Source: a virus
Lineage: Duplodnaviria; Caudoviricetes
Length of the DNA stretch: 52,658 nucleotides
Virus record (IMG/VR): IMGVR_UViG_3300022866_000011
Span: 1 to 52,658 of that record
Strand: one strand, 5' to 3'
Within the stretch, counting starts at the first letter, position 1. Each line of letters opens with the position of its first letter. Position numbers and translations under genes: made by a program. The notes under the pieces are model-generated. The model was not told where the DNA came from and searched no databases. It worked only from the letters and a program-made list of their open reading frames with translations. This document shows, one piece after another, positions 7,358-15,475 of the stretch.

Positions 7358-8644
7358 TTAAAGTTCGCTGGCGCTGCTCAGAATGCGCAAAATCAGCAGC
7401 TGTAGCCGACGCACGGAACTATCGCGCACTTCTATGGCCGCTGAGTCCTTCAATTCGGGGATAGGGACGAGGCGCAGAGCATCGGCGTAGGCTTCAAGCT
7501 TCTTCTTGTCGGGAGCCATCGCAGCCGCATGAGCAGCCGCAGCCACAGCCGCATCCTTGTCGGCTTTTTCCTTGGCGACACGAGCAGCCTCGGCGTCCAC
7601 CGCATCCTTGTCGGCCTTGGCTTTCGCCTCCAACTCTTCGCGCTTTTTGCGTTCGACTTCAGCTGCAGCCAAAGCCTCCGCTTTCTCTTTTTCGATACGA
7701 TCGCGCTCCACCTTGGCTGCAGCGTCCCGCTTTTCCTGTTCGGCTTTCGCCTCTGCGTCCTTTCGATCCTGCTCGGCCTTGGCTGCGGCATCTTTGCGAT
7801 CCTGCTCTTTTTTCGCTGCGGCATCCTTCTCCGCCTGTTTAGCAGCGAGACGATCGGCCTCCTCCTTGGCTTCCTTGGCAACCCGAACAGCCTCCGATTC
7901 TGCCGCCGCCTTCTCCTTACGGAGCCGTTCGTTCTCGGCGTCTCGTTCGGCTTTTTCCGCTGCATCTTTCGCCACCCGCGCAGCCTCGTCCTCCTTGGCC
8001 TTTTTTTCGGCAGCGAAACGATCGTCCTCGGCTTTCTTCGAGGCAGCAGTGAGGTCGTCCTGGAACTTCTTCACTGCGGCAATTTTCGCGACCTTATGCG
8101 CCTCGAGGCCGTCAAGATATTCCTGAAACACCTCGGCGGTCATTTCCTCCAGCACTATAAAACGGGTATTTACATCATAGGGAGCCACCAGAGCGTCACG
8201 CTGCAGACGCAGCTCAACCTTGGCCTTTTCCGCGGCAACCTCTCGAGCGTTCTCAATCTCGGCCAGCCTTTCCTCCACCGGCTTAACCATGAGGAGGAAC
8301 AGATTATTGACCCCATCAACCGCTCGGCTGAACCGCAAAGCGTCAGTCTTGAGACTCTTAAGCTTCTTTCCGGCGAGACCCCGAGCAGTCCGCAGCTCCA
8401 GCCGCAATAACCGCGCCATCTTAGCATTAGTGCCGTCCGGCACATCACCGGCGCTTTCAATTAACGCTTCGGCTTTTTTGACCAAATCCGACGCCAACAG
8501 GTAGTGCGGACTAAACGCGGACAGGATCTCCGTTGCCGAACCTCCAGCCACTCCCTCGTTCTTCACCACAAGAGCCAGCTCGATCGGAGCATCAACCACC
8601 TCGACATCGATATCGATAGCTTGAATAGAAGTATCGTTAGTCAT
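7358..8644 (-). CDS. long coiled-coil protein with 11-aa Ala/Lys/Glu repeats
   Basis: KDAAAKxEQDR-type repeats at about 7700-7830; typical neighbour of RecT. Confidence 0.75.
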   Translation of the reverse strand: MTNDTSIQAIDIDVEVVDAPIELALVVKNEGVAGGSATEILSAFSPHYLLASDLVKKAEALIESAGDVPDGTNAKMARLLRLELRTARGLAGKKLKSLKTDALRFSRAVDGVNNLFLLMVKPVEERLAEIENAREVAAEKAKVELRLQRDALVAPYDVNTRFIVLEEMTAEVFQEYLDGLEAHKVAKIAAVKKFQDDLTAASKKAEDDRFAAEKKAKEDEAARVAKDAAEKAERDAENERLRKEKAAAESEAVRVAKEAKEEADRLAAKQAEKDAAAKKEQDRKDAAAKAEQDRKDAEAKAEQEKRDAAAKVERDRIEKEKAEALAAAEVERKKREELEAKAKADKDAVDAEAARVAKEKADKDAAVAAAAHAAAMAPDKKKLEAYADALRLVPIPELKDSAAIEVRDSSVRRLQLLILRILSSASEL

Positions 8645-8645
8645 C

Positions 8646-9740
8646 TTATTTACCCTCCTTCTTCAAGCTAGGAATCATCGCGGCCAATTTGACCAACGCC
8701 GAAGCCGGCAGATCCCAGAACAGATCCGAACTCCCGTCGGGAACCAGATGCGAGCGCTGCGCCAATGCGTAGAGCTGCGCCTCGGTGGTCACATCATCGA
8801 GGATAGCACCCTCCAACGCGTCCTGCGCCTCCTTCTTCTGCACCTCCGTCACCGCCACAGCCTGTTTCTCTGGCTCTGGGCCAGATTCCTCCTCCTCGCC
8901 GTAATATGGCGCCAGAGCAGCCCCAAGACCAGCTGCCGGATCCAGCATCATGCGCTCAGGTGTCACATTGACCATGCCGTTACTTTCGTCGTCCAGCGCG
9001 ATCGCATCCCGAAACTCAGGCGAAAGCGGTAGCCACTTCGATAGGCGCCGAAATGCGGTCTTCTTCCCCATCTCGTCTGAATCAGTCACCCAAGGCCCAG
9101 ATTGGCCCGAAGCCGACCGCGCGCGGATAGCCTGCACCTGATCAAAGGACATGACCTCGGCCTTCTGGCTCCCATCCTTAAAGCGGGCCTGAGCATAAAA
9201 GCCCAACCGCGCCCCTTGCTTTCCGGGCTTGGCTGCGTCGGTGCGCAACCAATGCGGCAAATGATTAGTGACCTCACCCGAACTGTAGACAAACAAATCA
9301 CCCGCATAGATGACGTCAGCATGCAGATTGCTCACCATCCCGGAGCGCATGGCCAGCTCCGCTAACCCCTTCCAGTCGATGATGAGCTGGCAATCGCAAA
9401 CCTCGCGGCCCGCAGCCAACGACATCTTCGAGTTTTTGAACGGGATCAGATGCGCCTGACGGCCGTCTGGCTCAAGGCCAAGAGCCGAAAGCTGGAGCAG
9501 AGCCATGAAAAACGACTTCTGGTGACACAGCGCCAGCTTTGGCGTCTTGGTCATCGCGGTAATGGCGACGCGAATGAATCGCTCTTGAGAGAGATGCTTT
9601 GGCAGCGCATTAGCCACCTGCTCGGCAAACTGCGGTCCCTCCAGCATTTGCCTCAAAGTCGGTGGGGCGGATTTCTTTGCGTTAGTGATGGCGGCAGAGC
9701 CGTCCGTTTTATCGTTTGTTTTGGTCATGATGAAAATCAA
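8646..9740 (-). CDS. recT: RecT-family single-strand annealing protein
   Basis: ALPKHLSQERFIRVA, LGLEPDGRQAHLIPF, LIIDWKGL, SGPWVTDSDEMGKKTAFRRLSKWLPLSPE. Confidence 0.95.
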   Translation of the reverse strand: MIFIMTKTNDKTDGSAAITNAKKSAPPTLRQMLEGPQFAEQVANALPKHLSQERFIRVAITAMTKTPKLALCHQKSFFMALLQLSALGLEPDGRQAHLIPFKNSKMSLAAGREVCDCQLIIDWKGLAELAMRSGMVSNLHADVIYAGDLFVYSSGEVTNHLPHWLRTDAAKPGKQGARLGFYAQARFKDGSQKAEVMSFDQVQAIRARSASGQSGPWVTDSDEMGKKTAFRRLSKWLPLSPEFRDAIALDDESNGMVNVTPERMMLDPAAGLGAALAPYYGEEEESGPEPEKQAVAVTEVQKKEAQDALEGAILDDVTTEAQLYALAQRSHLVPDGSSDLFWDLPASALVKLAAMIPSLKKEGK

Positions 9741-10009
9741 CGCTGTCTGAGGCGCAGCTTGCCGGCCTTACAATCGGCCACTTCCTGGTCCATGATGAGG
9801 TCTAATTCCTCGACGCTGTAGATGTTTTGTGCACGTTCCTGCGCCTTGATTTCAGGCCGCAATTTATTCCGCAATGCCCAGCTTCGGAAGTTTTCGCGCC
9901 CCATACCGCAGTAGGTCGCAGCCTGCGCATCCGATCGGATAACCCGCCCCACAAACCCGATCTTGAGAACCCGTGGAAGCGAAGATAGGACTTCAGTGGA
10001 TGAACCCAT
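9737..10009 (-). CDS. excisionase-like helix-turn-helix protein
   Basis: AQAATYCGMGRENFRSW...IYSVEELD; divergent from the integrase. Confidence 0.6.
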   Translation of the reverse strand: MGSSTEVLSSLPRVLKIGFVGRVIRSDAQAATYCGMGRENFRSWALRNKLRPEIKAQERAQNIYSVEELDLIMDQEVADCKAGKLRLRQR

Positions 10010-10011
10010 TA

Positions 10012-10260
10012 TTAGCCCTTCTTTTCCAATATTTTACGCAATTTGATGTCTTCAATTACGCGTTCAGGTAGGGGGATACCCCTAGTGGCCACTTGTGCTC
10101 CTAGCTGAGCAACTAGGGTCTTTACCCCACGCTCCATCGATAAACGGGAGATGTCGGAAAAACTGAGCCCAAACTTGGACGCCGCCGCCTCCAATTCTTT
10201 TTTTAAATCGACCGGAAACCTTATCGGAACCGCAATCATCGGACTCGAATTTTTAGGCAC
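10012..10260 (-). CDS. ribbon-helix-helix (Arc/CopG-like) regulator
   Basis: VPIRFPVDLKKELEAAASKFGLSFSDISRLSM; first gene of the leftward operon. Confidence 0.7.
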   Translation of the reverse strand: MPKNSSPMIAVPIRFPVDLKKELEAAASKFGLSFSDISRLSMERGVKTLVAQLGAQVATRGIPLPERVIEDIKLRKILEKKG

Positions 10261-10374
10261 GCCGAAGAATTGTGGAAATACTTACACAAGTCAAGCCCGT
10301 GTATTCTAAAATAATCATTTTAGTTGCGATTCGTATATCTTCCGAATACCCCATATTTACCCATTTAAACCGTC
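10261..10374. promoter_or_regulatory. divergent lysis/lysogeny control region
   Basis: AT-rich gap between divergent regulator and integrase genes; TTGACT on the minus strand; GTATTC/GAATAC words. Confidence 0.5.
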
Positions 10375-11571
10375 GTGAACACCCACAAAACTGCCACAAA
10401 ACGGACACCGACATCCCGAAGCGGAACGATCCCCATCGCCCACATCGAGGGACGAAAAAAGCCGTGGCAACTCACCCTCACAATCAACGGCCGTCGCCAG
10501 CGTCCAGGATTCGAGACGGAGAAAAAAGCCCTCACCGCATGGCGCAATCACTGCCGAGTCCTAAACGCTTACGGATCTGGCGCTGCCGAGTCACTCATGC
10601 AACCAGACGTGCTCGCTGACCTCGATCAAGCACGCCGACTCCTGCAGCCGACCGGAGCAACCCTCACAGATGCCGCAACCTACTACCTCGACAATTACTC
10701 CAACTCCAAGGTGACCATCGATGACGCTCGGCAACTTTTCATCGGCATCAAGCGTAGCCTCAACCGAGAATGGCGCACGGTAGACTCTCTCAACTCCGTG
10801 ATCGGACTACTCGCACGCAACATCGGCCCATCCCGGATGATGTCATCCATCCTTCGCGCCGAAGTGCTCAAATTCATTCTATCCCCGAAAGCAGCAAGAA
10901 CCGCGCACAACCGATGCACGACACTGGGGAACTTCTTCAGATACGCCAAGCGGGTCGGCTGGATCGGTAAAAACCCCATTGCTGATCTGCGAAAAGACGA
11001 TCTGCCCAAACCCCAGCGCAAGCCGAAGCAAATACCGACGCCGACCCAGATCGCTGAAATCCTGCGCTTCGTGATGAGCGACCGGCCGCAATGCATCCCA
11101 AACATCGCAGTCCGAGCCTTCGCCGGCATCCGCACAGCAGAAGCTGACCGCATGACCTGGGACATGATCAAGACCAACGAAAAGCAGATCCGAATACCGG
11201 CCGAAATCTGTAAAACCGACGACGACTGGATCCTAAGCACCGATATGGGCCTGCCCCCCAATTTATGGGGGTGGCTGGATCTCACGACCGAGCAGACCGG
11301 CCCATTCGTCGCCCCCAGCAAACGATACTGGCGGCGCATCATTAAACACACGTCCTCGCTTGAGGGCGATCTGCACCTCCCGCTATGGCCGTTTAACGGC
11401 TTCCGGAGAGCATTCTGCACTTACCTCATGTCGATAGACGGCAATGCCAATCGTGTCGCAGCCCTAATGCGCCACCAGAGCCCCACCCGGCTCTACAATT
11501 CATATCTCTCCGCTTTAGTCCCGACGACTGTAGCTCAACAATTCCTAAAGATTACCCCACCAACGCCATGA
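10375..11571 (+). CDS. int: tyrosine recombinase / phage integrase
   Basis: Catalytic set AGIRTAE (R), ICKT (K), NGFRRAF (N-x-x-R in place of H-x-x-R), LMRHQS (H), LYNSY (Y). Confidence 0.9.
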   Translation: MNTHKTATKRTPTSRSGTIPIAHIEGRKKPWQLTLTINGRRQRPGFETEKKALTAWRNHCRVLNAYGSGAAESLMQPDVLADLDQARRLLQPTGATLTDAATYYLDNYSNSKVTIDDARQLFIGIKRSLNREWRTVDSLNSVIGLLARNIGPSRMMSSILRAEVLKFILSPKAARTAHNRCTTLGNFFRYAKRVGWIGKNPIADLRKDDLPKPQRKPKQIPTPTQIAEILRFVMSDRPQCIPNIAVRAFAGIRTAEADRMTWDMIKTNEKQIRIPAEICKTDDDWILSTDMGLPPNLWGWLDLTTEQTGPFVAPSKRYWRRIIKHTSSLEGDLHLPLWPFNGFRRAFCTYLMSIDGNANRVAALMRHQSPTRLYNSYLSALVPTTVAQQFLKITPPTP

Positions 11572-12023
11572 CATTTCCGCAATACTTCGACAAACTCCGC
11601 CTCGAGGTGGACCTACGACCAGCCGAGATCGCCCGACGAGCCGAGATCAGCAAGTCCACCCTCTCGAAAATGCAAAAGGGGCTTATTACGCCAAGCCTCA
11701 AGATGGTAGCCAAGATCCTAACCAAAGGGATGGGCATTGCAGAGGGAGACCGCCGCTACCTCGACGGGATCGCCATATGGAGCGCCGAACACGCATCGGA
11801 CCGAGTGGAGGACAGTCGATCGCGCAAAGACATGGGGCGGCGGTTCAGCGCTGCTCGATCGACCGCAGACAAGGCACGCGCAAAGCTTCATGCCGACCTC
11901 GAAGCCCTCTCCAAAGGACTCACATCCAAACAAGCCCAGATCCTCTCCCAAGCCCTCGCAAATCCCGACGCAATCAAGGCGTGGCTACTGGGAGTTGACT
12001 CGTTCCTCCAAAAAAAACGTTGA
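11568..12023 (+). CDS. XRE-family HTH repressor
   Basis: PAEIARRAEISKSTLSKMQKGLITPSLKMVAKI; ATGA overlap with the integrase. Confidence 0.8.
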   Translation: MTFPQYFDKLRLEVDLRPAEIARRAEISKSTLSKMQKGLITPSLKMVAKILTKGMGIAEGDRRYLDGIAIWSAEHASDRVEDSRSRKDMGRRFSAARSTADKARAKLHADLEALSKGLTSKQAQILSQALANPDAIKAWLLGVDSFLQKKR

Positions 12024-12035
12024 CTCTAGATCAAC
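12002..12035. promoter_or_regulatory. tandem GTTGA-N7-TCAAC element, copy 1
   Basis: GTTCC-TCCAAAA-AAAAC-GTTGA-CTCTAGA-TCAAC. Confidence 0.6.
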
Positions 12036-12119
12036 TCTTCTGCTCCTATCGCGCTGTCATAGCGAAAACGGTGCTGACTGCTAACACTTTTTTAGTTCTT
12101 GTGGACTTAAGATTCAGAT

Positions 12120-12157
12120 GCCCGAGGCGCCGTTTTCGCTTCGGGTTTTCTGTTTTT
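12120..12157 (+). terminator. intrinsic terminator with upstream anti-sequence
   Basis: CCCGAGGCG-CCGTTTT-CGCTTCGGG followed by TTTTCTGTTTTT. Confidence 0.75.
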
Positions 12158-12199
12158 ACTCGATGCCGCCAACTATGCGGACAACCAGAACCGCAACCT

Positions 12200-12570
12200 G
12201 TGCAGCGTGCAGCGACAGCCACTGAGGTAAATACGGTGCCCGGACTGATTACACTAATACCATCCGGGCTTAATTCTACGTGCTCGCAAGAGCTGAGGAC
12301 CGTAGCATTTGAGCACTCAGTCGGAGGTCCCTATCAGGCGGATTTGTCAAACGGCTCGCAACCGTAGCGGACTGGACCGGAGTGATTCAGACGGCAGGCG
12401 TAAATCCTGTGCCTCCGACTGAGCGCTCAAAACCCTGAACTGGACGTATGCCGGGGGCATTGCTACGGCGCGACTTCGATCGCTGGCAACCCACACGGAT
12501 ACCACAAACCCACAGGGCGTTTCCTGCCACCCACCCCGACAGGGTGAGGTGTCTCCAGCCGTTTCCAAAT
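12200..12570. ncRNA. candidate structured non-coding RNA
   Basis: Nested helices 12300-12307/12461-12468 and 12308-12327/12412-12431 (19/20 pairs); GCTC-GCAA-GAGC tetraloop; no credible ORF. Confidence 0.45.
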
Positions 12571-12573
12571 CCC

Positions 12574-12939
12574 CTATGGCAAGACCTGCCGCCGACCGTT
12601 CATCAACAAATCGATGATCGTGTCCATCCGCTGTTTAATCTCCCTGCGATCGTCGCGACTATCCGCCGCCAATCGCAACGCCCACGCCTCGTGCTTGTTT
12701 GCGGCATCGATAGGATAATACAGACGACTGACTTCATCGAGCGACTTACCAAGCACTAAAACATCGGCACTCAACGAAATATACTCCCCTCGACTTTTGA
12801 CGATATCGTTCTCGTTAGAGTTAACCGTAAATAGCATCCACGACGAAAGCATCATCGCAATCACCGCTGCAGAACGCGTGAATAAATCGACCACATTGAC
12901 CGTTTTTTGTTTTAGCTCTTCTTTGCGTTGTTGAGTCAT
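12574..12939 (-). CDS. single-TM plus coiled-coil protein, holin-like (start revised to 12939)
   Basis: TAATG overlap at 12939; hydrophobic SAAVIAMMLSSWMLFTV. Confidence 0.55.
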   Translation of the reverse strand: MTQQRKEELKQKTVNVVDLFTRSAAVIAMMLSSWMLFTVNSNENDIVKSRGEYISLSADVLVLGKSLDEVSRLYYPIDAANKHEAWALRLAADSRDDRREIKQRMDTIIDLLMNGRRQVLP

Positions 12940-13292
12940 TAGTTTGGTTGCCTTCCCATTTTTCGCCACTCGGCCATGATGCCCCACTTTTCAAATCCGG
13001 CGTTATTTAGAAAATAGAATCCCCCCTCCAACGGCGAGACGCCGTAATCCTTTTTTATTCGAGGCACAAACTCGTGCCCATATTCGTCAACCAAGGAGTT
13101 GTAGCGTGCCCGACCATTGGTGGTGATTGTCAGCCCCTGCTCGTCGACGGAGACGATGCCACTGGTAGGCTCGGCGCCATCGGCAGGATCAAAGCTGGCT
13201 AACTCTGCAGGAGCCACCAAATCAGGGATGACCGGGGAAGTCCCGCAGCCCGATAGGACCACGACAAAAAGAAGTGCTGAAAACGTTCTCAT
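12939..13292 (-). CDS. lipoprotein, o-spanin-like
   Basis: Lipoprotein signal MRTFSALLFVVVLSG-C; coupled to a small membrane protein. Confidence 0.65.
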   Translation of the reverse strand: MRTFSALLFVVVLSGCGTSPVIPDLVAPAELASFDPADGAEPTSGIVSVDEQGLTITTNGRARYNSLVDEYGHEFVPRIKKDYGVSPLEGGFYFLNNAGFEKWGIMAEWRKMGRQPN

Positions 13293-13483
13293 TCCGCCAA
13301 GTCCTTTCTGATCTGTTCGAGGTTTCGCTTCTTTGCGGAGGTCCGCACTGCATCCTTAATCGCAGCGTCCTGCTTGGCTTGAGCGTTGGCCTTCATCTCT
13401 GGCGTGTTGGCACGTTTGGCCGCAGCGTTTCGTCCGCCCAGGAAGGCGGCAAGAAAAGAGAATACTGCTTTGATCGTGCCCAT
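13289..13483 (-). CDS. small membrane-anchored helical protein, i-spanin-like
   Basis: N-terminal hydrophobic segment followed by an Ala/Lys helix; ATGA overlap. Confidence 0.5.
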   Translation of the reverse strand: MGTIKAVFSFLAAFLGGRNAAAKRANTPEMKANAQAKQDAAIKDAVRTSAKKRNLEQIRKDLAE

Positions 13484-13484
13484 T

Positions 13485-14243
13485 TTAACGCAGGATCAGA
13501 TCATCGGGAATCCGAAGAAAAGGAGGTTCAGCAAGTCGCTCGGTCGCGGCGACGGGAGAAGAAGCCCGGTTGATTGCTTGAGCGATGGCGACAAGGGCCA
13601 CCTTAAACGCGGGTTTTGTGTCCAAGGCACTAGATACGTTAATGGAATAAAACGACTGGTAGAGCCCCATGCCGGCCGCAAGCGAAGCCTCCGCGATCGC
13701 GTCGTAGCTGTCGGAGGTGTAGCGTTTGACCAGAGCGGCAATCGAGGTCGGATCACTCACTCCCGTGTCGGCGGCGATCAGGATAGCATCAGAGGCCGCA
13801 GCATAGTAGGCGCGATGGTCGGGATTTTTGGCAATGTCGGAAGCAACGGCAAGTTGCACAATACCGGATACGGCAGCAGAAATAAGCTCAACCTGCCGAA
13901 CACGCTGCTCGGTCGTAGTCGGTTCATTGCCGGGGTTTGTGGCGCAACCAATCGGCCCCACTGAAAAAAAAGCGATGCACAAGGCAAGTAGGGCGATCGG
14001 AAAGGGGCCCTTCGGTTTTCGCTTATTCTCCCTAGCCAACTCAACCTCGTAGTCTTTGGCAATCGAGGTCGGCACGTTTTCGCCGTAAATGAGACCGCGG
14101 TAAAGACCACGCAACCCTCCACCATTGCGCGTCGATTTATATGCGCGACCAAGCATCGTAATCCAAAACAAGATACCGCCCCACGTGGAGAGAAACGAGA
14201 TGGAAAAGACTTCAGAGGTAGATGGGAGTGCGTCGGGATTCAT
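13485..14243 (-). CDS. membrane protein with internal lipoprotein-like segment
   Basis: N-terminal TM; second hydrophobic stretch IALLALCIAFFSVGPIG-C. Confidence 0.65.
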   Translation of the reverse strand: MNPDALPSTSEVFSISFLSTWGGILFWITMLGRAYKSTRNGGGLRGLYRGLIYGENVPTSIAKDYEVELARENKRKPKGPFPIALLALCIAFFSVGPIGCATNPGNEPTTTEQRVRQVELISAAVSGIVQLAVASDIAKNPDHRAYYAAASDAILIAADTGVSDPTSIAALVKRYTSDSYDAIAEASLAAGMGLYQSFYSINVSSALDTKPAFKVALVAIAQAINRASSPVAATERLAEPPFLRIPDDLILR

Positions 14244-14368
14244 GGCTCAATATATCGGGCGTTAGGATTGCGCCAAACGTCGGGCTCATCGGTCTGCTCC
14301 ACCGGAGTGACCGTCTGACATCCAGCGCAGGCGAGGGTGAGAAAAATGAAGATAAGGCGCTTTATCAT
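14240..14368 (-). CDS. 42-aa lipoprotein not in the ORF track (MIKRLIFIFLTLACAG-CQTV...)
   Basis: ATG 3 nt after the upstream stop; lipobox-like CAG-C; ATGA overlap with the next gene. Confidence 0.65.
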   Translation of the reverse strand: MIKRLIFIFLTLACAGCQTVTPVEQTDEPDVWRNPNARYIEP

Positions 14369-14371
14369 CGC

Positions 14372-14899
14372 TCAACATCCCCAGGTTGCGGTTGCCCTTT
14401 CGGTGGGCGTTAAAATGGCAATGTCAGAGTCTCCCGGCTCCCAGAAGTAAAGCCGCCGACTCCCGTTGATTGCCCAATTCAGAAGATGCTTGCCGGACCG
14501 CATGCCGTTAGCTCGGGAAGGGAGCGAATAGAAAATCGTTGGGCCAATTGCGAGACCACCAAGGGGGATGCCAAGCCGTACTGACTTCAACCAGTTTCCC
14601 GTTCTGGCGTGATTCATCAGCCCCACGCCGTGATCGTCGCAATCACCGGCTTCGTCATCGGCCGGGTTTGTCTTACCAGCCATCGTGTGCACAGGAACCC
14701 GAACGGACTTCCCCCCTCCAATTCGCCGATTGGTCGTCAATTCATCAGGTAGCGTATCCATCCAAGCAGTCTGAATCTTCCGCACCGTCGCAACGCTCAC
14801 CGTCTCGTAGTAAGCATCAAAAAACGTCCACCCCGGTGCCACACACGGCACTCCGCCCATGAGTAGGATCGATCTAAGTTCTGTTTGCGAGAGACGCAT
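14372..14899 (-). CDS. papain/transglutaminase-like cysteine protease
   Basis: GDCDDH ... HLLN ... YFWEP, resembling the Cys-His-Glu protease domain of MOA-lectin-related proteins. Confidence 0.55.
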   Translation of the reverse strand: MRLSQTELRSILLMGGVPCVAPGWTFFDAYYETVSVATVRKIQTAWMDTLPDELTTNRRIGGGKSVRVPVHTMAGKTNPADDEAGDCDDHGVGLMNHARTGNWLKSVRLGIPLGGLAIGPTIFYSLPSRANGMRSGKHLLNWAINGSRRLYFWEPGDSDIAILTPTERATATWGC

Positions 14900-14904
14900 G
14901 GAGG

Positions 14905-15462
14905 TTAGAGCCTCGCGGCCGCACGGAACAGCGTGTCGAGATCATCGGAGGAAAGAGAGAGCATCAACCCAAGTGCAACGATCGTCGGGTCTGCCCGTTC
15001 GTAGGTTTGGGGCGTCTCGATGGCAGTAAGGTAGGCGTCCTTGGTGTCCGCGTTCGTGATCGCGTTTACAGCGGTCAGGACTTCAGTGCGTGATAAACCA
15101 AACTCGGCCTTGAGTGCTCGCCAAAGTTGGTAGGGCGTCACGCTGGCGGGCACCGCTGCGGGAGGATCCGGGGCGAGGATGGCGGCTACGATCTCGGCAT
15201 CGGTGAGACCGGCAAATTCTCCGGTCTCAGCATCGGCAGTGAGCGGAGCAAATCGCGCAATATAGGTGCCGGAGCCAACGGCAAAACCATCGTCCCCAAC
15301 CCAACCGAAGAAGATAACCCCTGCGCCGGGATCGATAGACGTGACCCTAGCAGATGGACTCGGCGCATCACTGCCGAGCTCGACGATTCGCGATTGCGAT
15401 TGAGCGGAGAGGACAAGCGATAACGCCAGCCCAATGAGGATAAGATAAGTGATTCGCTTCAT
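14905..15462 (-). CDS. tail-fibre-associated protein with N-terminal signal peptide
   Basis: VPASVTPYQLWRAL...DLDTLFRAAARL resembles genes that follow tail fibres; MKR plus hydrophobic leader. Confidence 0.6.
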   Translation of the reverse strand: MKRITYLILIGLALSLVLSAQSQSRIVELGSDAPSPSARVTSIDPGAGVIFFGWVGDDGFAVGSGTYIARFAPLTADAETGEFAGLTDAEIVAAILAPDPPAAVPASVTPYQLWRALKAEFGLSRTEVLTAVNAITNADTKDAYLTAIETPQTYERADPTIVALGLMLSLSSDDLDTLFRAAARL

Positions 15463-15475
15463 GGTTGGTTAGGGG

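Noticed and set aside
6712-8410. Long + strand ORFs (212, 293, 189 aa)
   Set aside because: Antisense shadows of minus-strand genes, especially the low-complexity coiled-coil gene
12200-12570. Retron msr-msd or diversity-generating retroelement
   Set aside because: No reverse transcriptase in the window and no template/variable repeat pair seen
12020-12759. ORFs 12020..12367, 12347..12568 and 12448..12759
   Set aside because: No protein-like features; they cross a terminator or structured region or overlap a real gene antisense
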